A stretch of DNA of 64,000 nucleotides from Dehalococcoidia bacterium. Lineage in GTDB: Bacteria > Chloroflexota > Dehalococcoidia > UBA2979. The translations under genes and the position numbers were made by a program. The notes below the pieces were generated by a model that saw nothing but the letters and a program-made list of their open reading frames with translations, did not search any database and had not been told where the DNA came from. Position 1 is the stretch's first letter. Every line of letters begins with the position of its first letter. The stretch covers positions 384,001 to 448,000 of the forward strand of contig OZ219872.1 of the NCBI GenBank assembly GCA_964291495.2, read 5' to 3'. Shown here in pieces: positions 31,948 through 43,932 of this stretch.

Positions 31948-31976
31948 TTGTCCCGATGCCGCCCCGTACATAGAAT
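31948..31976 (+). promoter_or_regulatory. sigma70-type promoter for the ferredoxin gene
   Basis: TTGTCC-N17-TAGAAT. Confidence 0.65.
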
Positions 31977-32014
31977 CGAGGCAACCGGACCACCGTGAAG
32001 GGACGCCCTGCGGG

Positions 32015-32290
32015 ATGACCTACTACATCACCCAGCCTTGTATCGATGTCATGGACCAGTCCTGCGTCGATGTCTGCCCGGTCGACTGCATCCACTTCGA
32101 GGAGGGTGAGGACCGGATGCTCTACATCGATCCGGACGAGTGCATCGACTGCGGCGCGTGCGAGCCGGCCTGCCCGGTGAACGCGATCTACGCCGAGGAC
32201 GACCTCCCGGACGACCAGTCCGCCTTCGCCGAGATCAATGTGCTCTGGTACCAGGACGCCCCCGCCGCGCGCGAGAAGGTGCCCGCCTAG
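32015..32290 (+). CDS. 7Fe/8Fe-type ferredoxin
   Basis: [39 protein letters not shown]. Confidence 0.93.
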   Translation: MTYYITQPCIDVMDQSCVDVCPVDCIHFEEGEDRMLYIDPDECIDCGACEPACPVNAIYAEDDLPDDQSAFAEINVLWYQDAPAAREKVPA

Positions 32291-32317
32291 CACAGGTCGA
32301 CGGACCGCACGCACAAC

Positions 32318-32341
32318 GAAGCGCCGCTCTCGCGGCGCTTC
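32318..32341. terminator. Hairpin between the convergent ferredoxin and phosphoesterase genes
   Basis: GAAGCGCCGC-TCTC-GCGGCGCTTC, a perfect 10-bp stem. Confidence 0.65.
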
Positions 32342-32367
32342 TGCTTGTCTGCGGAAGCTCCCGAGCG

Positions 32368-33189
32368 CTACCGCGCCGGCATCGGCGAGCCCTCGAGGAT
32401 CGGGATGTCGTCGTGGGCGAGCCGCTCGGCGCCCTCGCGCAGCGGGTGCGACTCGAGCCGTACGGTGCCATCGCTCTCGAGATGCACGATCAGCACGCGC
32501 CCGCCGGTGTGGCCCGCGAGGCCGTCCGGCGCGCCGGAGTAGGCGGCGAGCCCCTCGCCGGCCGCGACGCGCGTCTGCTGCTCCCAGTGGCCCAGCGCGA
32601 AGTAGTCGTGATCGAGCACGGAGAAGTGGTCCTCGTAGATGTGGTACGAGCTGTGGTCGGCGGACATCGGGTGCAGGAAGTGCCCGTGCCCGACGCCGAT
32701 GTGCCAGTCGGCGTCGCCGCGGCGGGGCGCGTCCTCGAAGGGGCGGAAGTTCGGGTCGAGCTCGGTGTGGCTCCGGCCCCAGAGCTCGACGTTGAGATCG
32801 TCGAGCATCACGGACTCGCCCTCGGGAGTGCGCATCAGGCGGAGGTTCGGCGCCAGCGAGGTGAGGTCGAGGCGGTCGTAGACGGAGCCGGGTCCGACGT
32901 GGTCATGGTTGCCGGGCAGCAGCACCACGGGGCCCGGCACGCGCGCCAGCTGCTCGCCGGCGAACTGCATCGTGTCCTCCTGGACGCGGGCGTTGTCGAA
33001 GAAATCGCCCGCGATCACCATGAAGTCGACGCGCTCCGTGATCGACAGGTCGATCACCGCGCGGAAGGTGTCGTGCATCTCCTGCCGGCGCTCCAGCGTG
33101 CGCTCGGCCTTGCTGTGGTCGTAGGCCCCGAGGTGCACATCGGACGTGTGCAGGAACTTCAGCTCTTTCCTGCCCTGGTGGTCACTCAC
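32368..33189 (-). CDS. Calcineurin-like metallophosphoesterase (SbcD/Mre11-like nuclease domain)
   Basis: [35 protein letters not shown] overlap with glyQS. Confidence 0.85.
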   Translation of the reverse strand: MSDHQGRKELKFLHTSDVHLGAYDHSKAERTLERRQEMHDTFRAVIDLSITERVDFMVIAGDFFDNARVQEDTMQFAGEQLARVPGPVVLLPGNHDHVGPGSVYDRLDLTSLAPNLRLMRTPEGESVMLDDLNVELWGRSHTELDPNFRPFEDAPRRGDADWHIGVGHGHFLHPMSADHSSYHIYEDHFSVLDHDYFALGHWEQQTRVAAGEGLAAYSGAPDGLAGHTGGRVLIVHLESDGTVRLESHPLREGAERLAHDDIPILEGSPMPAR

Positions 33190-34559
33190 TCGTTCCCCGC
33201 CTCCCGCACTACCGGCCGCAGCGCCTCGATCCGCTCGCGCAGCGCCTCGACGACGCCGTCGAGGGGCACGCGAATCTGCGACATCGTATCGCGTTCCCGG
33301 ATAGTAACCGCATCGTCGTCCAGCGTCTCGAAGTCGACCGTCACGCACAGCGGCGTGCCGACCTCGTCCTGCCGCCGGTAGCGGCGACCAATCGACTGAG
33401 AGTCATCGTACTGGGTCCGGAAGTGCGGGCGCAGTTGCTCCCAGACGCGCCGCGCCGTCGGGACCAGCCGCTCGTTGCGCGAGAGCGGGAGCACCGCGAC
33501 CGTCGTCGGGGCCACGTCGGGCGCGAGCCGCAGTAGCACGCGCTTCTCGCCTCGCGCGTCCACTTCCTCGTCGTAGGAGTCGACCAGCAACGTGAGCATG
33601 ATGCGATCGACGCCGGCCGCCGGCTCGACGACGTGCGGGACGATGTGCTCGCCACGCTCCTGGTCGAAGTAGGTGAGCGACTTGCCCGAGGCCTGCGCGT
33701 GGGCCCCGAGGTCGAAGTCGCCGCGGTGCGCGATGCCCTCCAGCTCGCCCCAGCCCCAGGGGTAGAGGTACTCGACGTCGGAGGTGCCGCGCGAGTAGTG
33801 CGAGAGCTCCTCGGCGGTGTGGTCGCGCAACCGCAGCCGCTCCGGGCGTACGCCGAGCGACTCGTACCAGCGCAGGCGCTCCTGCTTCCAGTACTCGTGC
33901 CACTCCATCGAGTCGGCCGGATCGCAGAAGTACTCCATCTCCATCTGCTCGAACTCGAGCATCCGGAACGTGAAGTGCCCGGTGGTGATCTCGTTGCGAA
34001 AGGACTTGCCGATCTGGGCGATGCCGAAGGGCAGGCGCCGCCGCGTCGACTGCTGGACGAGCTCGAAGTTGACGAACATGCCCTGCGCCGTCTCCGGCCG
34101 CAGGTAGGCGACCGATGCGTCGTCCTGCACGGGCCCGACGAAGGTGCGGAACAGCAGGTTGAACTGCCGCTCCTCGGTGAAGCGCCCCACCTCGCCGCAG
34201 GACGGGCAGGTGTTGTCCTCGATGTGGTCCGCGCGCACGCGGGCGCGGCAGGCGAGGCAGTCGACAAGCGGGTCGGCGAAGCTGTCGACGTGGCCGGAGG
34301 CCTGCCAGACCTTCGGGTTGGTGATCATCGCCGCCTCGATGCCGACGATGTCCGTGCGCTCCTGGACCATGGAGCGCCACCAGGAGTCGCGGATGTTGCG
34401 CTTCATCTCCACGCCAAGCGGGCCGTAGTCGTAGGTGGAGGCGAAGCCGCCGTAGATCTCCGCCGAGGGGAAGACGAAGCCGCGCCGCTTGGCCAGCGAG
34501 ATCAGCGTCTCGAGCTCAACCGACGCGGCTGCGGGGGTGTCGAGAGCAGCGTCGGTCAC
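33186..34559 (-). CDS. glyQS: Glycine--tRNA ligase, homodimeric type
   Basis: [48 protein letters not shown]. Confidence 0.96.
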   Translation of the reverse strand: MTDAALDTPAAASVELETLISLAKRRGFVFPSAEIYGGFASTYDYGPLGVEMKRNIRDSWWRSMVQERTDIVGIEAAMITNPKVWQASGHVDSFADPLVDCLACRARVRADHIEDNTCPSCGEVGRFTEERQFNLLFRTFVGPVQDDASVAYLRPETAQGMFVNFELVQQSTRRRLPFGIAQIGKSFRNEITTGHFTFRMLEFEQMEMEYFCDPADSMEWHEYWKQERLRWYESLGVRPERLRLRDHTAEELSHYSRGTSDVEYLYPWGWGELEGIAHRGDFDLGAHAQASGKSLTYFDQERGEHIVPHVVEPAAGVDRIMLTLLVDSYDEEVDARGEKRVLLRLAPDVAPTTVAVLPLSRNERLVPTARRVWEQLRPHFRTQYDDSQSIGRRYRRQDEVGTPLCVTVDFETLDDDAVTIRERDTMSQIRVPLDGVVEALRERIEALRPVVREAGNE

Positions 34560-34688
34560 GCGGGGGCTCCTCGTTACGTCGTGTGATGGCTGGCGCCGGT
34601 GGACGCGGGGGAGCGTAGCACCGCCCCGCACTGCCCTCAACGAAGGTCGCCGGAGCGGAGCGCAATCAGCGCAGTGGAGCGGCCGCCC

Positions 34689-34838
34689 TCATGATCGCTC
34701 TTGCTTCTCTCTCTTCCTCAGCCGGCGCGCGCGCTCACCGATCAGCCTCTGGATGTTCTTCAGGCTGAAGCCGTGCGTGCGCATCTCACGCCTCTTGCGT
34801 CGCTTCTGCTCACGCCGCTCACCCTTCGTCTGACTCAC
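34689..34838 (-). CDS. Small, very basic protein (49 aa), below the ORF-track cutoff
   Basis: GTG..TGA encoding MSQTKGERREQKRRKRREMRTHGFSLKNIQRLIGERARRLRKREKQERS. Purine-rich leader and an upstream promoter. Confidence 0.65.
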   Translation of the reverse strand: MSQTKGERREQKRRKRREMRTHGFSLKNIQRLIGERARRLRKREKQERS

Positions 34839-35100
34839 GCGCCGCCTGCGCCTTCCTCACCAGCCCGCGATCGCGCGACCCTGAGGGGTGCGTCCTCATC
34901 CGGCGAGCGTGCCGCGCCCGCGGCCAGCGGGGCGCGGTAGCGTCGCTGTTCCGCGTCATCTTCATGCAGAAACCATACGACCGAGGCCCAGGTCGGCAAA
35001 GCCGCCCGCGTCTGGAACAACCCTTGAGGGCCCGCGAGGGCCGGGCCTTGCAGCCCGGCCCCGTCCGGTTCGCGCACTCGGCGGCGCCGCGCCGGTGCGG

Positions 35101-37179
<2,079 letters not shown>

Positions 37180-37292
37180 GTCGCCCCCACTCAGTGCGTA
37201 CAGAACCCGTCAGCCGGGCATGCTCGCGCACCTACGCCGCGCGCGCCACCCTCGGGGATGTTAGCACCACTGCTGTTAATGCCCGATATCGC

Positions 37293-37970
37293 CTACGCAA
37301 TATCCGCCGGTGTGTCTCCCGCTCCCCCGCCCTCGAGGGCGTCGAGCCGGCTCGCAAGCCGCTGCTGCTGCGCCGCCAGCGTGAGATCGCCGCGCGTGCG
37401 CTCGATGATGCCGCGCGTCACGTCGGTGGCGCGCCGCAGGTTCGAGGTCATCGCGTCCGGGTAGTCGATCGTCACCAGCAGCGACTGCATCTCGTCCATC
37501 CGCTCGAGCATCGCCTCGCAACGCTCGAGGTCCTCCGCGCGCAGCGAGTCGAGCACGTGGCGGCGCAGCTCGCCGATCGCCTCGGCGATGCCGTGCAGGT
37601 AGGAGACGCCGCGCACGCCGAGCGAGTGCGGGGTGGGCAGCTCGCCGCCGGCGATCAACGCGAGCGTGATCGCCGCTTCGGCGTACTCCTTCTGCGCGTC
37701 GTGGACGAAGCCAGCGTGGGCGATCTGCGGGAAGCCCTCGGTCGCCGCTGCGGCCTCGGCGAGCGCGGATCGCGCCTCCTCGAGGAGTCGCGCCGCGGCC
37801 TCGGTGTCGCCGCGATGCACGGCGCGGATGCAGTTCGCCGAGGAGCGGACGGCGCCGCGGCAGAGCGGCAGCGCCGCCTCGCGCGCGGCGTTCGTCGCCT
37901 CGAGGTCCGTGCGGATGCCCTCGACGGCGCGCGCCAGCTCGGCGCCAAAGCCGCTGTCCAGGTCCGGCAT
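37293..37970 (-). CDS. Translin/TRAX family protein
   Basis: All-helical pattern with RE..LPLCR..R.S..CIRAVHRG, QKEYAEA, YLHGIAEAIGELRR and LRRATDVTRGIIERT. Confidence 0.82.
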   Translation of the reverse strand: MPDLDSGFGAELARAVEGIRTDLEATNAAREAALPLCRGAVRSSANCIRAVHRGDTEAAARLLEEARSALAEAAAATEGFPQIAHAGFVHDAQKEYAEAAITLALIAGGELPTPHSLGVRGVSYLHGIAEAIGELRRHVLDSLRAEDLERCEAMLERMDEMQSLLVTIDYPDAMTSNLRRATDVTRGIIERTRGDLTLAAQQQRLASRLDALEGGGAGDTPADIA

Positions 37971-37975
37971 GGCGC

Positions 37976-38314
37976 TCAGGCGTCCTGCGCCGGGCCGGGC
38001 AACTCGCCCTCGCGTGCGGCGTCGATCATCTCTCGGGTCTCGTCGGGCAGATCCATCCCGTACTCCTCGAAGCGCTCTTCGACCCAGCGGCCGATCTGGC
38101 GCGGGTCACGGTACTCTCCGCCCTCGCCTGGCGCGCCGTACTCGTCGATCACGTCCTGGTCAGTCTTGAGCCGGGCCACCGAGGAGATCTGCCGCGCCGT
38201 GCGGGGGGAGCCGCAGTGCTCGCACTCCGGCGCCTCGGGGTCTTGGCGCATCGAGCGCACGAAGAGGCTGGTCAGGCCCTCGCACTCCTCGCAGCGGTAC
38301 TCGTAGATGGGCAG
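37976..38314 (-). CDS. FmdB-family zinc-ribbon protein, probable CTG start
   Basis: (x)PIYEYRCEECEG..PECEHCGS..RQISS with an acidic tail. The track start at 38260 removes the first CxxC. Confidence 0.85.
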   Translation of the reverse strand: MPIYEYRCEECEGLTSLFVRSMRQDPEAPECEHCGSPRTARQISSVARLKTDQDVIDEYGAPGEGGEYRDPRQIGRWVEERFEEYGMDLPDETREMIDAAREGELPGPAQDA

Positions 38315-38318
38315 GCGG

Positions 38319-38723
38319 CTAGTCCGGGTTCCCGCGGCTCGCCTTCGATTTCGCCTCGTTGATCTTGTGGCGGAAGGTGTAGCCCGCGTCGATCCGCTCG
38401 ACGGGGTCCTCGCCGGCCTCGGCCTGCTCGGCGAGCTCGCGGTAGTTCGAGCCCAGCACCTCGTCGTACTCGGCGCTGGCCTGGCGGGCCCACTTCGCGA
38501 AGCCGCGCTCGTCGCCGCGTTCGAGGGCGGCCTCGTGTTCGCTGAAGTCCACCTCGGCGAGGCGGTCCGCGTCAGAGCGGACGCGCGCGAACTGGGACAC
38601 CAGGCGAGTCAGCTGCGCGCCCCCGCACTCCGGGCACTTCGGCTCGCTCGTCGCCGAGACGGAGCGGAAGAAGACCTCGACGGTGTCGGCGCAGTCGGCG
38701 CAGTCGTACTGGTAGATCGGCAT
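38319..38723 (-). CDS. FmdB-family zinc-ribbon protein
   Basis: MPIYQYDCADC..PKCPECGG..RLVS. TACACT -10 element 9 nt upstream of the ATG. Confidence 0.88.
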   Translation of the reverse strand: MPIYQYDCADCADTVEVFFRSVSATSEPKCPECGGAQLTRLVSQFARVRSDADRLAEVDFSEHEAALERGDERGFAKWARQASAEYDEVLGSNYRELAEQAEAGEDPVERIDAGYTFRHKINEAKSKASRGNPD

Positions 38724-38784
38724 GGTGCTGAAAGTGTAGCGGCCCGCGCCGTCCTCGCAACAGCGAACGCCGCCCCGGCCGCCC

Positions 38785-39153
38785 CTACCCCTCGACCGCG
38801 CTGCGGATGTGCTCGAACGAGGCAACCGAGCCGTCCGCCGCCAGGTCGATAGCCACGAGGTCGATGCGCTGGTCTGCGGGCAGCTCGGGGTGCTCCATGC
38901 CGTAGGCGGCGGCCAGCTTGCGCAGGCGGCGCTGCTTGCGCGCGCTCAGTTGCTCGATGGCGCGTCCCGCCTGGCGCGGCCGCCGCAGCTTCACCTCCAC
39001 GAAGACGAGCGTGCCGCCCTGCAGCGCGACGAGGTCCACCTCGCCCTCGCGGCGGCGCACGTTGCGGTCGACCAGCCGGTAGCCGCGGGCCTTCAGGTAG
39101 TCGGCGGCCAGGCGCTCGCCGGAGCGTCCGAGGCGGTCGGTCGGCCTCGTCAC
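38785..39153 (-). CDS. yraN: YraN family (UPF0102) PD-(D/E)xK nuclease
   Basis: GERLAADYL..GY, GEVDLVA, LVFVEVK, RIDLVAI. Confidence 0.9.
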   Translation of the reverse strand: MTRPTDRLGRSGERLAADYLKARGYRLVDRNVRRREGEVDLVALQGGTLVFVEVKLRRPRQAGRAIEQLSARKQRRLRKLAAAYGMEHPELPADQRIDLVAIDLAADGSVASFEHIRSAVEG

Positions 39154-39809
39154 GGACGCTGGCGGCTCTCCAGCGCCTCGCGCACCGGCGCGAAGAGCAG
39201 GCGGTGCACGCTCGAGTGGCCGAGGCGGCGCAGCGCCTCGCGGTGCTCGGCGGTGGCGTAGCCCTTGTTGCGCGCGAACCCGTAGCCGGGGAAGCGCCGC
39301 TCCAGCTCGTCCATCATGCGGTCGCGCGCGACCTTCGCGACGATGCTCGCCGCGGCCACCGAGGGGCAGAGCGCGTCGCCGTCGATCACCGCGTGCTGCC
39401 GCGTCTTGCACTCGACGACCTCGCGTCCGTCGACGATCAGCGCGTCCGGGGGGTTGTCGAGTTGCTCGACGGCGCGGCGCATCGCGAGCCGCGTCGCGGC
39501 CGTCATGCCGAGCTGGTCGATGACGTGCGAGGAGACGACGCCGATGCCGTAGTCGCAGTGGCGGCGAATCCGGGCGGCGAGCTCCTCGCGGGCGGCAGCG
39601 TCGAGTTGCTTGGAGTCGCGCAGCCGCCGGACCCAGCCGGCGCGCGAGTAGCGCAGCACCACGGCGCCGGCGACGACCGGCCCGGCGAGCGGCCCGCGGC
39701 CGACCTCGTCCACGCCGGCGACGCGCTCGCAGCCCTCGCGCCAGAGGGCGTTCTCCACCTGCCACGTAGGCTTCGAGGTGCGGCGCGGTCGTTCGAGTAC
39801 GGCAACCAC
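39150..39809 (-). CDS. rnhB: Ribonuclease HII
   Basis: [38 protein letters not shown]. Confidence 0.95.
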   Translation of the reverse strand: MVAVLERPRRTSKPTWQVENALWREGCERVAGVDEVGRGPLAGPVVAGAVVLRYSRAGWVRRLRDSKQLDAAAREELAARIRRHCDYGIGVVSSHVIDQLGMTAATRLAMRRAVEQLDNPPDALIVDGREVVECKTRQHAVIDGDALCPSVAAASIVAKVARDRMMDELERRFPGYGFARNKGYATAEHREALRRLGHSSVHRLLFAPVREALESRQRP

Positions 39810-40003
39810 GGCCGCATGCTAGGCGCGACGATACCGATCAGGCAAGTGATCCGTTGTGCGGGCCGCCGCGTGCCGCGCCGCCTCGCGGCCCACCGGGGCG
39901 CGAAGCGGGCCCGGTGATACACTGGATCCGGCGCTCACGCGGGCGAGGCCTGCGAGTCCCTCGGGGCGGCCCAGCCTGAGCGCGAGGGAGCGTCCCGGAT
40001 CAG

Positions 40004-41974
40004 ATGAAATCCCGCTGGATGCGCAACTCCTTCATCTACCTGATCATCCTCGGCGCGGTCGTCCTGGCCGTCGTGATGTTCCTGCGCCCCTCCTCCAACT
40101 CGCGCGAGATCCCGCTCTCCGACGTGATCGCGCAGGCGCAGGCCGGCAACGTCGTCTCGATCAAGGCCTCGGGCGACACGCTCGAGGTGCAGTTGCGCGG
40201 CGAGCGCGAGCCGCTCAGCTCGCGCAAGGAGGAGTCCGCCTCGATCGTCGAGATCCTGCGTGAGAGCGGCGTCCCCGTGACCGGCGAGGGCGCGGTCGAG
40301 ATCGAGGTCAGCGGGCCCAGCCAGTTCGGCAATATCTTCGGGCTGTTCTTCAACTTCCTGCCGCTGATCCTGTTCGGCGGGATCCTGATCTTCATGATGC
40401 GCCAGGCGCAGGGCTCCAACTCGCAGGCAATGTCCTTCGGGCGCAGCCGCGCGAGGATGTTCACCGGCCAGAAGCCGACCGTCACCTTCCTCGATGTCGC
40501 GGGGCAGGACGAGGCGAAGCAGGAGCTCGCCGAGATCGTCGAGTTCCTCAAATTCCCGGAGAAGTTCGCCGCCCTCGGGGCGCGGATCCCGCACGGCGTG
40601 CTGCTGGTCGGCTCGCCCGGCACGGGCAAGACGCTGCTCGCGCGCGCCGTCTCCGGTGAGGCGGGCGTGCCGTTCTTCTCGATCTCCGGCTCCGAGTTCG
40701 TCGAGATGTTCGTCGGCGTCGGGGCCAGCCGCGTGCGCGACCTGTTCGAGCAGGCCAAGCGCAACTCCCCCGCGATCGTCTTCGTCGACGAGATCGACGC
40801 GGTCGGGCGGCAGCGCGGGGCGGGCCTCGGCGGCTCGCACGACGAGCGCGAGCAGACCCTGAACCAGATCCTGGTCGAGATGGACGGCTTCGACTCCAGC
40901 TCGAACGTGATCGTCGTCGCGGCCACGAACCGCCCGGACATCCTCGACCCGGCGCTGCTGCGCCCCGGCCGCTTCGACCGCCAGGTGACGCTCGACCTGC
41001 CCGACGTGAAGGGCCGCCGCGCGGTGCTCGACGTGCACGTCAAGGGCAAGCCGCTCGACACCGACGTCGACCTCGAGACGGTCGCGAAGCAGACGCCGGG
41101 GTTCTCCGGCGCGGACCTCTCCAACCTCGTCAACGAGGGCGCGATCCTCGCGGCGCGGCGCAACAAGAAGCGGATCGGGATGCCCGACCTCAACGAGGCG
41201 GTGGACCGCGTGATCGCCGGCCCGGAGCGCAAGTCGCGCGTGATCACGCCGCAGGAGAAACGGATCATCGCCTACCACGAGGGCGGGCACGCCGTGGCCG
41301 GGCACTTCCTCCCGAAGGCGGACCCGGTCTTCAAGGTCACGATCGTCGCGCGCGGCATGGCCGGCGGGTACACCCGCTCGATGCCCTCGGACGACCGCCG
41401 CCTGCAGGACCGCTCCTACTACGAGGCGATGATGGCGCAGGCGCTCGGCGGCCACGTCGCCGAGGAGATGATCTTCGGCGAGCCGACCACGGGCGCGCAC
41501 GACGACATCGGCAAGGTCACGCACATCGCCCGCGAGATGGTCACGCAGTGGGGCATGAGCGAGCGGCTCGGTCCCCGCACCTTCGGCCGCCGCGACTCGA
41601 TGGTCTTCCTCGGGCGCGACATCGCCGAGCAGCGCGACTACTCCGAGCGCACCGCCGAGGAGATCGACGAGGAGGTGCGCCGCATCGTCGAGGAGGCGCA
41701 TGAGCGCTGCCGCGAGGTGCTGCGCGAGCACCGCGGCAAGCTCGACGAGCTGGCAGAGGCGCTGATCGAGCTCGAGACGATCGAGGGCGACGACCTGCAG
41801 CGCCTGCTCGGCCCGGCCGAGGGCCGCGAGCCGCCGCCCGAGCCGGCCCCGCCCCCGCCCGAGGACGCTCCGGGCGCCGAAGCCGGCGAAGACCTCGAAA
41901 CCGAGCCGCCGGTGGGCCGGCCCGGTCTGGCCTGGGGCCAATCCAGCGCCGCGCCGCCGTCGGGCGGCGGATAG
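40004..41974 (+). CDS. ftsH: ATP-dependent zinc metalloprotease FtsH
   Basis: Two TM helices, [33 protein letters not shown]. TGnTACACT promoter near 39915. Confidence 0.97.
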   Translation: MKSRWMRNSFIYLIILGAVVLAVVMFLRPSSNSREIPLSDVIAQAQAGNVVSIKASGDTLEVQLRGEREPLSSRKEESASIVEILRESGVPVTGEGAVEIEVSGPSQFGNIFGLFFNFLPLILFGGILIFMMRQAQGSNSQAMSFGRSRARMFTGQKPTVTFLDVAGQDEAKQELAEIVEFLKFPEKFAALGARIPHGVLLVGSPGTGKTLLARAVSGEAGVPFFSISGSEFVEMFVGVGASRVRDLFEQAKRNSPAIVFVDEIDAVGRQRGAGLGGSHDEREQTLNQILVEMDGFDSSSNVIVVAATNRPDILDPALLRPGRFDRQVTLDLPDVKGRRAVLDVHVKGKPLDTDVDLETVAKQTPGFSGADLSNLVNEGAILAARRNKKRIGMPDLNEAVDRVIAGPERKSRVITPQEKRIIAYHEGGHAVAGHFLPKADPVFKVTIVARGMAGGYTRSMPSDDRRLQDRSYYEAMMAQALGGHVAEEMIFGEPTTGAHDDIGKVTHIAREMVTQWGMSERLGPRTFGRRDSMVFLGRDIAEQRDYSERTAEEIDEEVRRIVEEAHERCREVLREHRGKLDELAEALIELETIEGDDLQRLLGPAEGREPPPEPAPPPPEDAPGAEAGEDLETEPPVGRPGLAWGQSSAAPPSGGG

Positions 41975-42036
41975 CCGCCACCCGACCACACGTCCCGACC
42001 TGTCGAGGTGTCGCGCCGCTGAGCTGGCGCGCGCCC

Positions 42037-42753
42037 TTACGCCTCGGCGGACGGCTCCGCGGCGGCCTCGATCGACGACTGCTCTTCCTCTTCTTGCATC
42101 GCGTTGCGATAGCTCTTGATGAACTCGCGCTGGGCGAGGACGAACCAGATCGCGGCGCCGAGGCCGAGGCCGATGCGCAGCGCGGGGTGCTCGTCGAGCT
42201 TGCCCTCGGGGGTGAGCACGGCCTGCCCGAGAATCCAGCCGGCGCCGACCCAGACCGAGTTGGTCAGGATCGCGCCGAGGTAATCGAGGGGCATCCAGAC
42301 ACGCAGCGGCATGCGAATCGCGCCCGCTCCGAACGGCCCCAGCGTCCGCGTCCAGCTGTTGAGGTGATAGAAGGGGATTAGCCAGAGCGTCTTGCCCCCG
42401 ACGATCATCTTCCCGATCCGCAGCTGCGGGCCGAACCGCGAGCGCTCGAGCCGGCCTCCGCCCCAGCGCCCGAGCGCGTAGGACAGCGTGTCGCCGAGGA
42501 TCGTGCCGAGGAAGGCGAGCGCGAAGATCATGCCGATTGGCGTGCCCTGGTCGTCCGCGAAGGCGCCTCCGAGGAACATCATGATCACGCCGGGGTAGAT
42601 CAGGCCGAGACCGACCGTCGCCTCGATCAGCGCCGAGGCGAAGACAACCGGCGCGCCGAAGCGATCGAACAGGTCGTTCGCGATCAGGAACATCTGGTCC
42701 GCGACCCAGTTGAGGGCGTCGTAGGGCGCGGTGATGATGTCGAGGAACTCCAC
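42037..42753 (-). CDS. DedA family membrane protein
   Basis: IEATVGLGLIYPG, LGTILGDTLSYALGRWGG, PFGAGAIRMP. Confidence 0.85.
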   Translation of the reverse strand: MEFLDIITAPYDALNWVADQMFLIANDLFDRFGAPVVFASALIEATVGLGLIYPGVIMMFLGGAFADDQGTPIGMIFALAFLGTILGDTLSYALGRWGGGRLERSRFGPQLRIGKMIVGGKTLWLIPFYHLNSWTRTLGPFGAGAIRMPLRVWMPLDYLGAILTNSVWVGAGWILGQAVLTPEGKLDEHPALRIGLGLGAAIWFVLAQREFIKSYRNAMQEEEEQSSIEAAAEPSAEA

Positions 42754-42792
42754 CGCGGACCTCCGCCGGCGGCATCCGGCGGTGCGCCTTCA

Positions 42793-42822
42793 TTGACGCT
42801 CCGCGCCGGGCCTGCCTAGGAT
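42793..42822 (+). promoter_or_regulatory. sigma70-type promoter of rplU-rpmA-rpmE
   Basis: TTGACG-N18-TAGGAT. Confidence 0.65.
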
Positions 42823-42895
42823 CGTAACGGTCGCGCCTGCGATCACTACACGCCAGCGGCGCACCACCAGCATCGACCAGCCGGAGTACGACGCC

Positions 42896-43216
42896 ATCTC
42901 CTACGCAATCATCCGCACTGGCGGGAAGCAATACCGCGTGCGCGAGGGCGACCAGCTCGCCGTCGAGCGGCTCGATGTGCCCGAGGGCGCCGAGGTCGAG
43001 TTTGACGACGTGCTGCTCGTCTCGGACGGCGAGGACGTGACGGTTGGCGATCCGACCGTCGAGGGCGCCTCGGTGGCCGCGCGCATCGACGAGCACACGC
43101 GCGACAAGAAGGTGCTGGTCTTCAAGTACAAGAACAAGACACGGCGGCGCGTGTTGCGCGGGCATCGCCAGCAGCGCACGCGCATCACGATCACCGGCAT
43201 CAGCGCCGGGGCGTAG
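42896..43216 (+). CDS. rplU: 50S ribosomal protein bL21, probable ATC start
   Basis: (x)[28 protein letters not shown]. The universally conserved first strand lies upstream of the first GTG at 42938. Confidence 0.93.
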   Translation: MSYAIIRTGGKQYRVREGDQLAVERLDVPEGAEVEFDDVLLVSDGEDVTVGDPTVEGASVAARIDEHTRDKKVLVFKYKNKTRRRVLRGHRQQRTRITITGISAGA

Positions 43217-43236
43217 CGGGAAGCGGGGTCGAGGCG

Positions 43237-43506
43237 ATGGCGCACAAGAAGTCCGGCGGATCCAGCCGCAACGGCCGCGACTCCAACGCCCAGCGCCTGG
43301 GCGTGAAGCGCTTCGACGGCCAGTTCGTCACCGCGGGTTCGATCATCGTGCGCCAGCGCGGCACGCGCTTCCACGCCGGTCCGCACGTCGGCATCGGCCG
43401 CGATCACACGCTCTGGGCGCAGGTCGACGGGACCGTCAAGTTCAGCCCCTACGCCAAGGGGCGGCGCAAGCAGGTCTCGATCCTGCCCGTGCCGGCCGAG
43501 GGGTAG
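43237..43506 (+). CDS. rpmA: 50S ribosomal protein bL27
   Basis: [24 protein letters not shown]. Confidence 0.97.
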   Translation: MAHKKSGGSSRNGRDSNAQRLGVKRFDGQFVTAGSIIVRQRGTRFHAGPHVGIGRDHTLWAQVDGTVKFSPYAKGRRKQVSILPVPAEG

Positions 43507-43513
43507 CGCGCGC

Positions 43514-43768
43514 ATGAAGGACGGCATCCACCCCGACTACGACTACGTCTGCTTCGTCGACATCTCCACCGGCGAGGAGTACCTGACGCGCTCCACCATG
43601 ACCTCCGAGGAGCGGCGCGAGGTGAACGGCGTCGAGGCGTACATCGTGCGCGTCGACATCAGCGCCAGCTCGCACCCGTTCTTCACGGGCGAGCAGCGCA
43701 TCGTCGACACCGCCGGCCAGGTCGAGCGCTTCCGCCGTCGCTACGCGCGCACGCAGCAGAGCGAGTAG
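43514..43768 (+). CDS. rpmE: 50S ribosomal protein bL31, type B (zinc-free)
   Basis: MKDGIHPDY..DISASSHPFFTGEQRIVDTAGQVERF, with no CxC/CxxC pairs. Confidence 0.93.
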   Translation: MKDGIHPDYDYVCFVDISTGEEYLTRSTMTSEERREVNGVEAYIVRVDISASSHPFFTGEQRIVDTAGQVERFRRRYARTQQSE

Positions 43769-43826
43769 CGCGACCCCCGCGACCCATCTTCCTGGGATAG
43801 GGCTCCCTCCGCGGCGCGGTGGGTTG

Positions 43827-43860
43827 GCGTGCCTGGATTCCGGCTTTCGCCGGAATGACG
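43827..43860. repeat. REP-like family B palindrome, inverted copy
   Basis: Exact reverse complement of 10371-10404. Confidence 0.85.
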
Positions 43861-43932
43861 GAAAGGGGGGCCGGACGGGGAACGCTGCACACGCCTGCGG
43901 ACCGTTCCGCTCGCGCGTCGTAGGCTGAGCGC

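Noticed and set aside
34879-35030. 6S RNA, SRP RNA or c-di-GMP-I riboswitch
   Set aside because: Only partial pairing or motif fragments (GCAAAGCC without the GNRA/GGGAC context). A promoter-like element sits in the middle. Kept only as an unassigned leader.
37261-37287. CIRCE (HrcA) operator starting TTAGCAC
   Set aside because: The second half-site is absent. The sequence is better explained as the hppA extended -10 (TGcTAACAT) on the minus strand.
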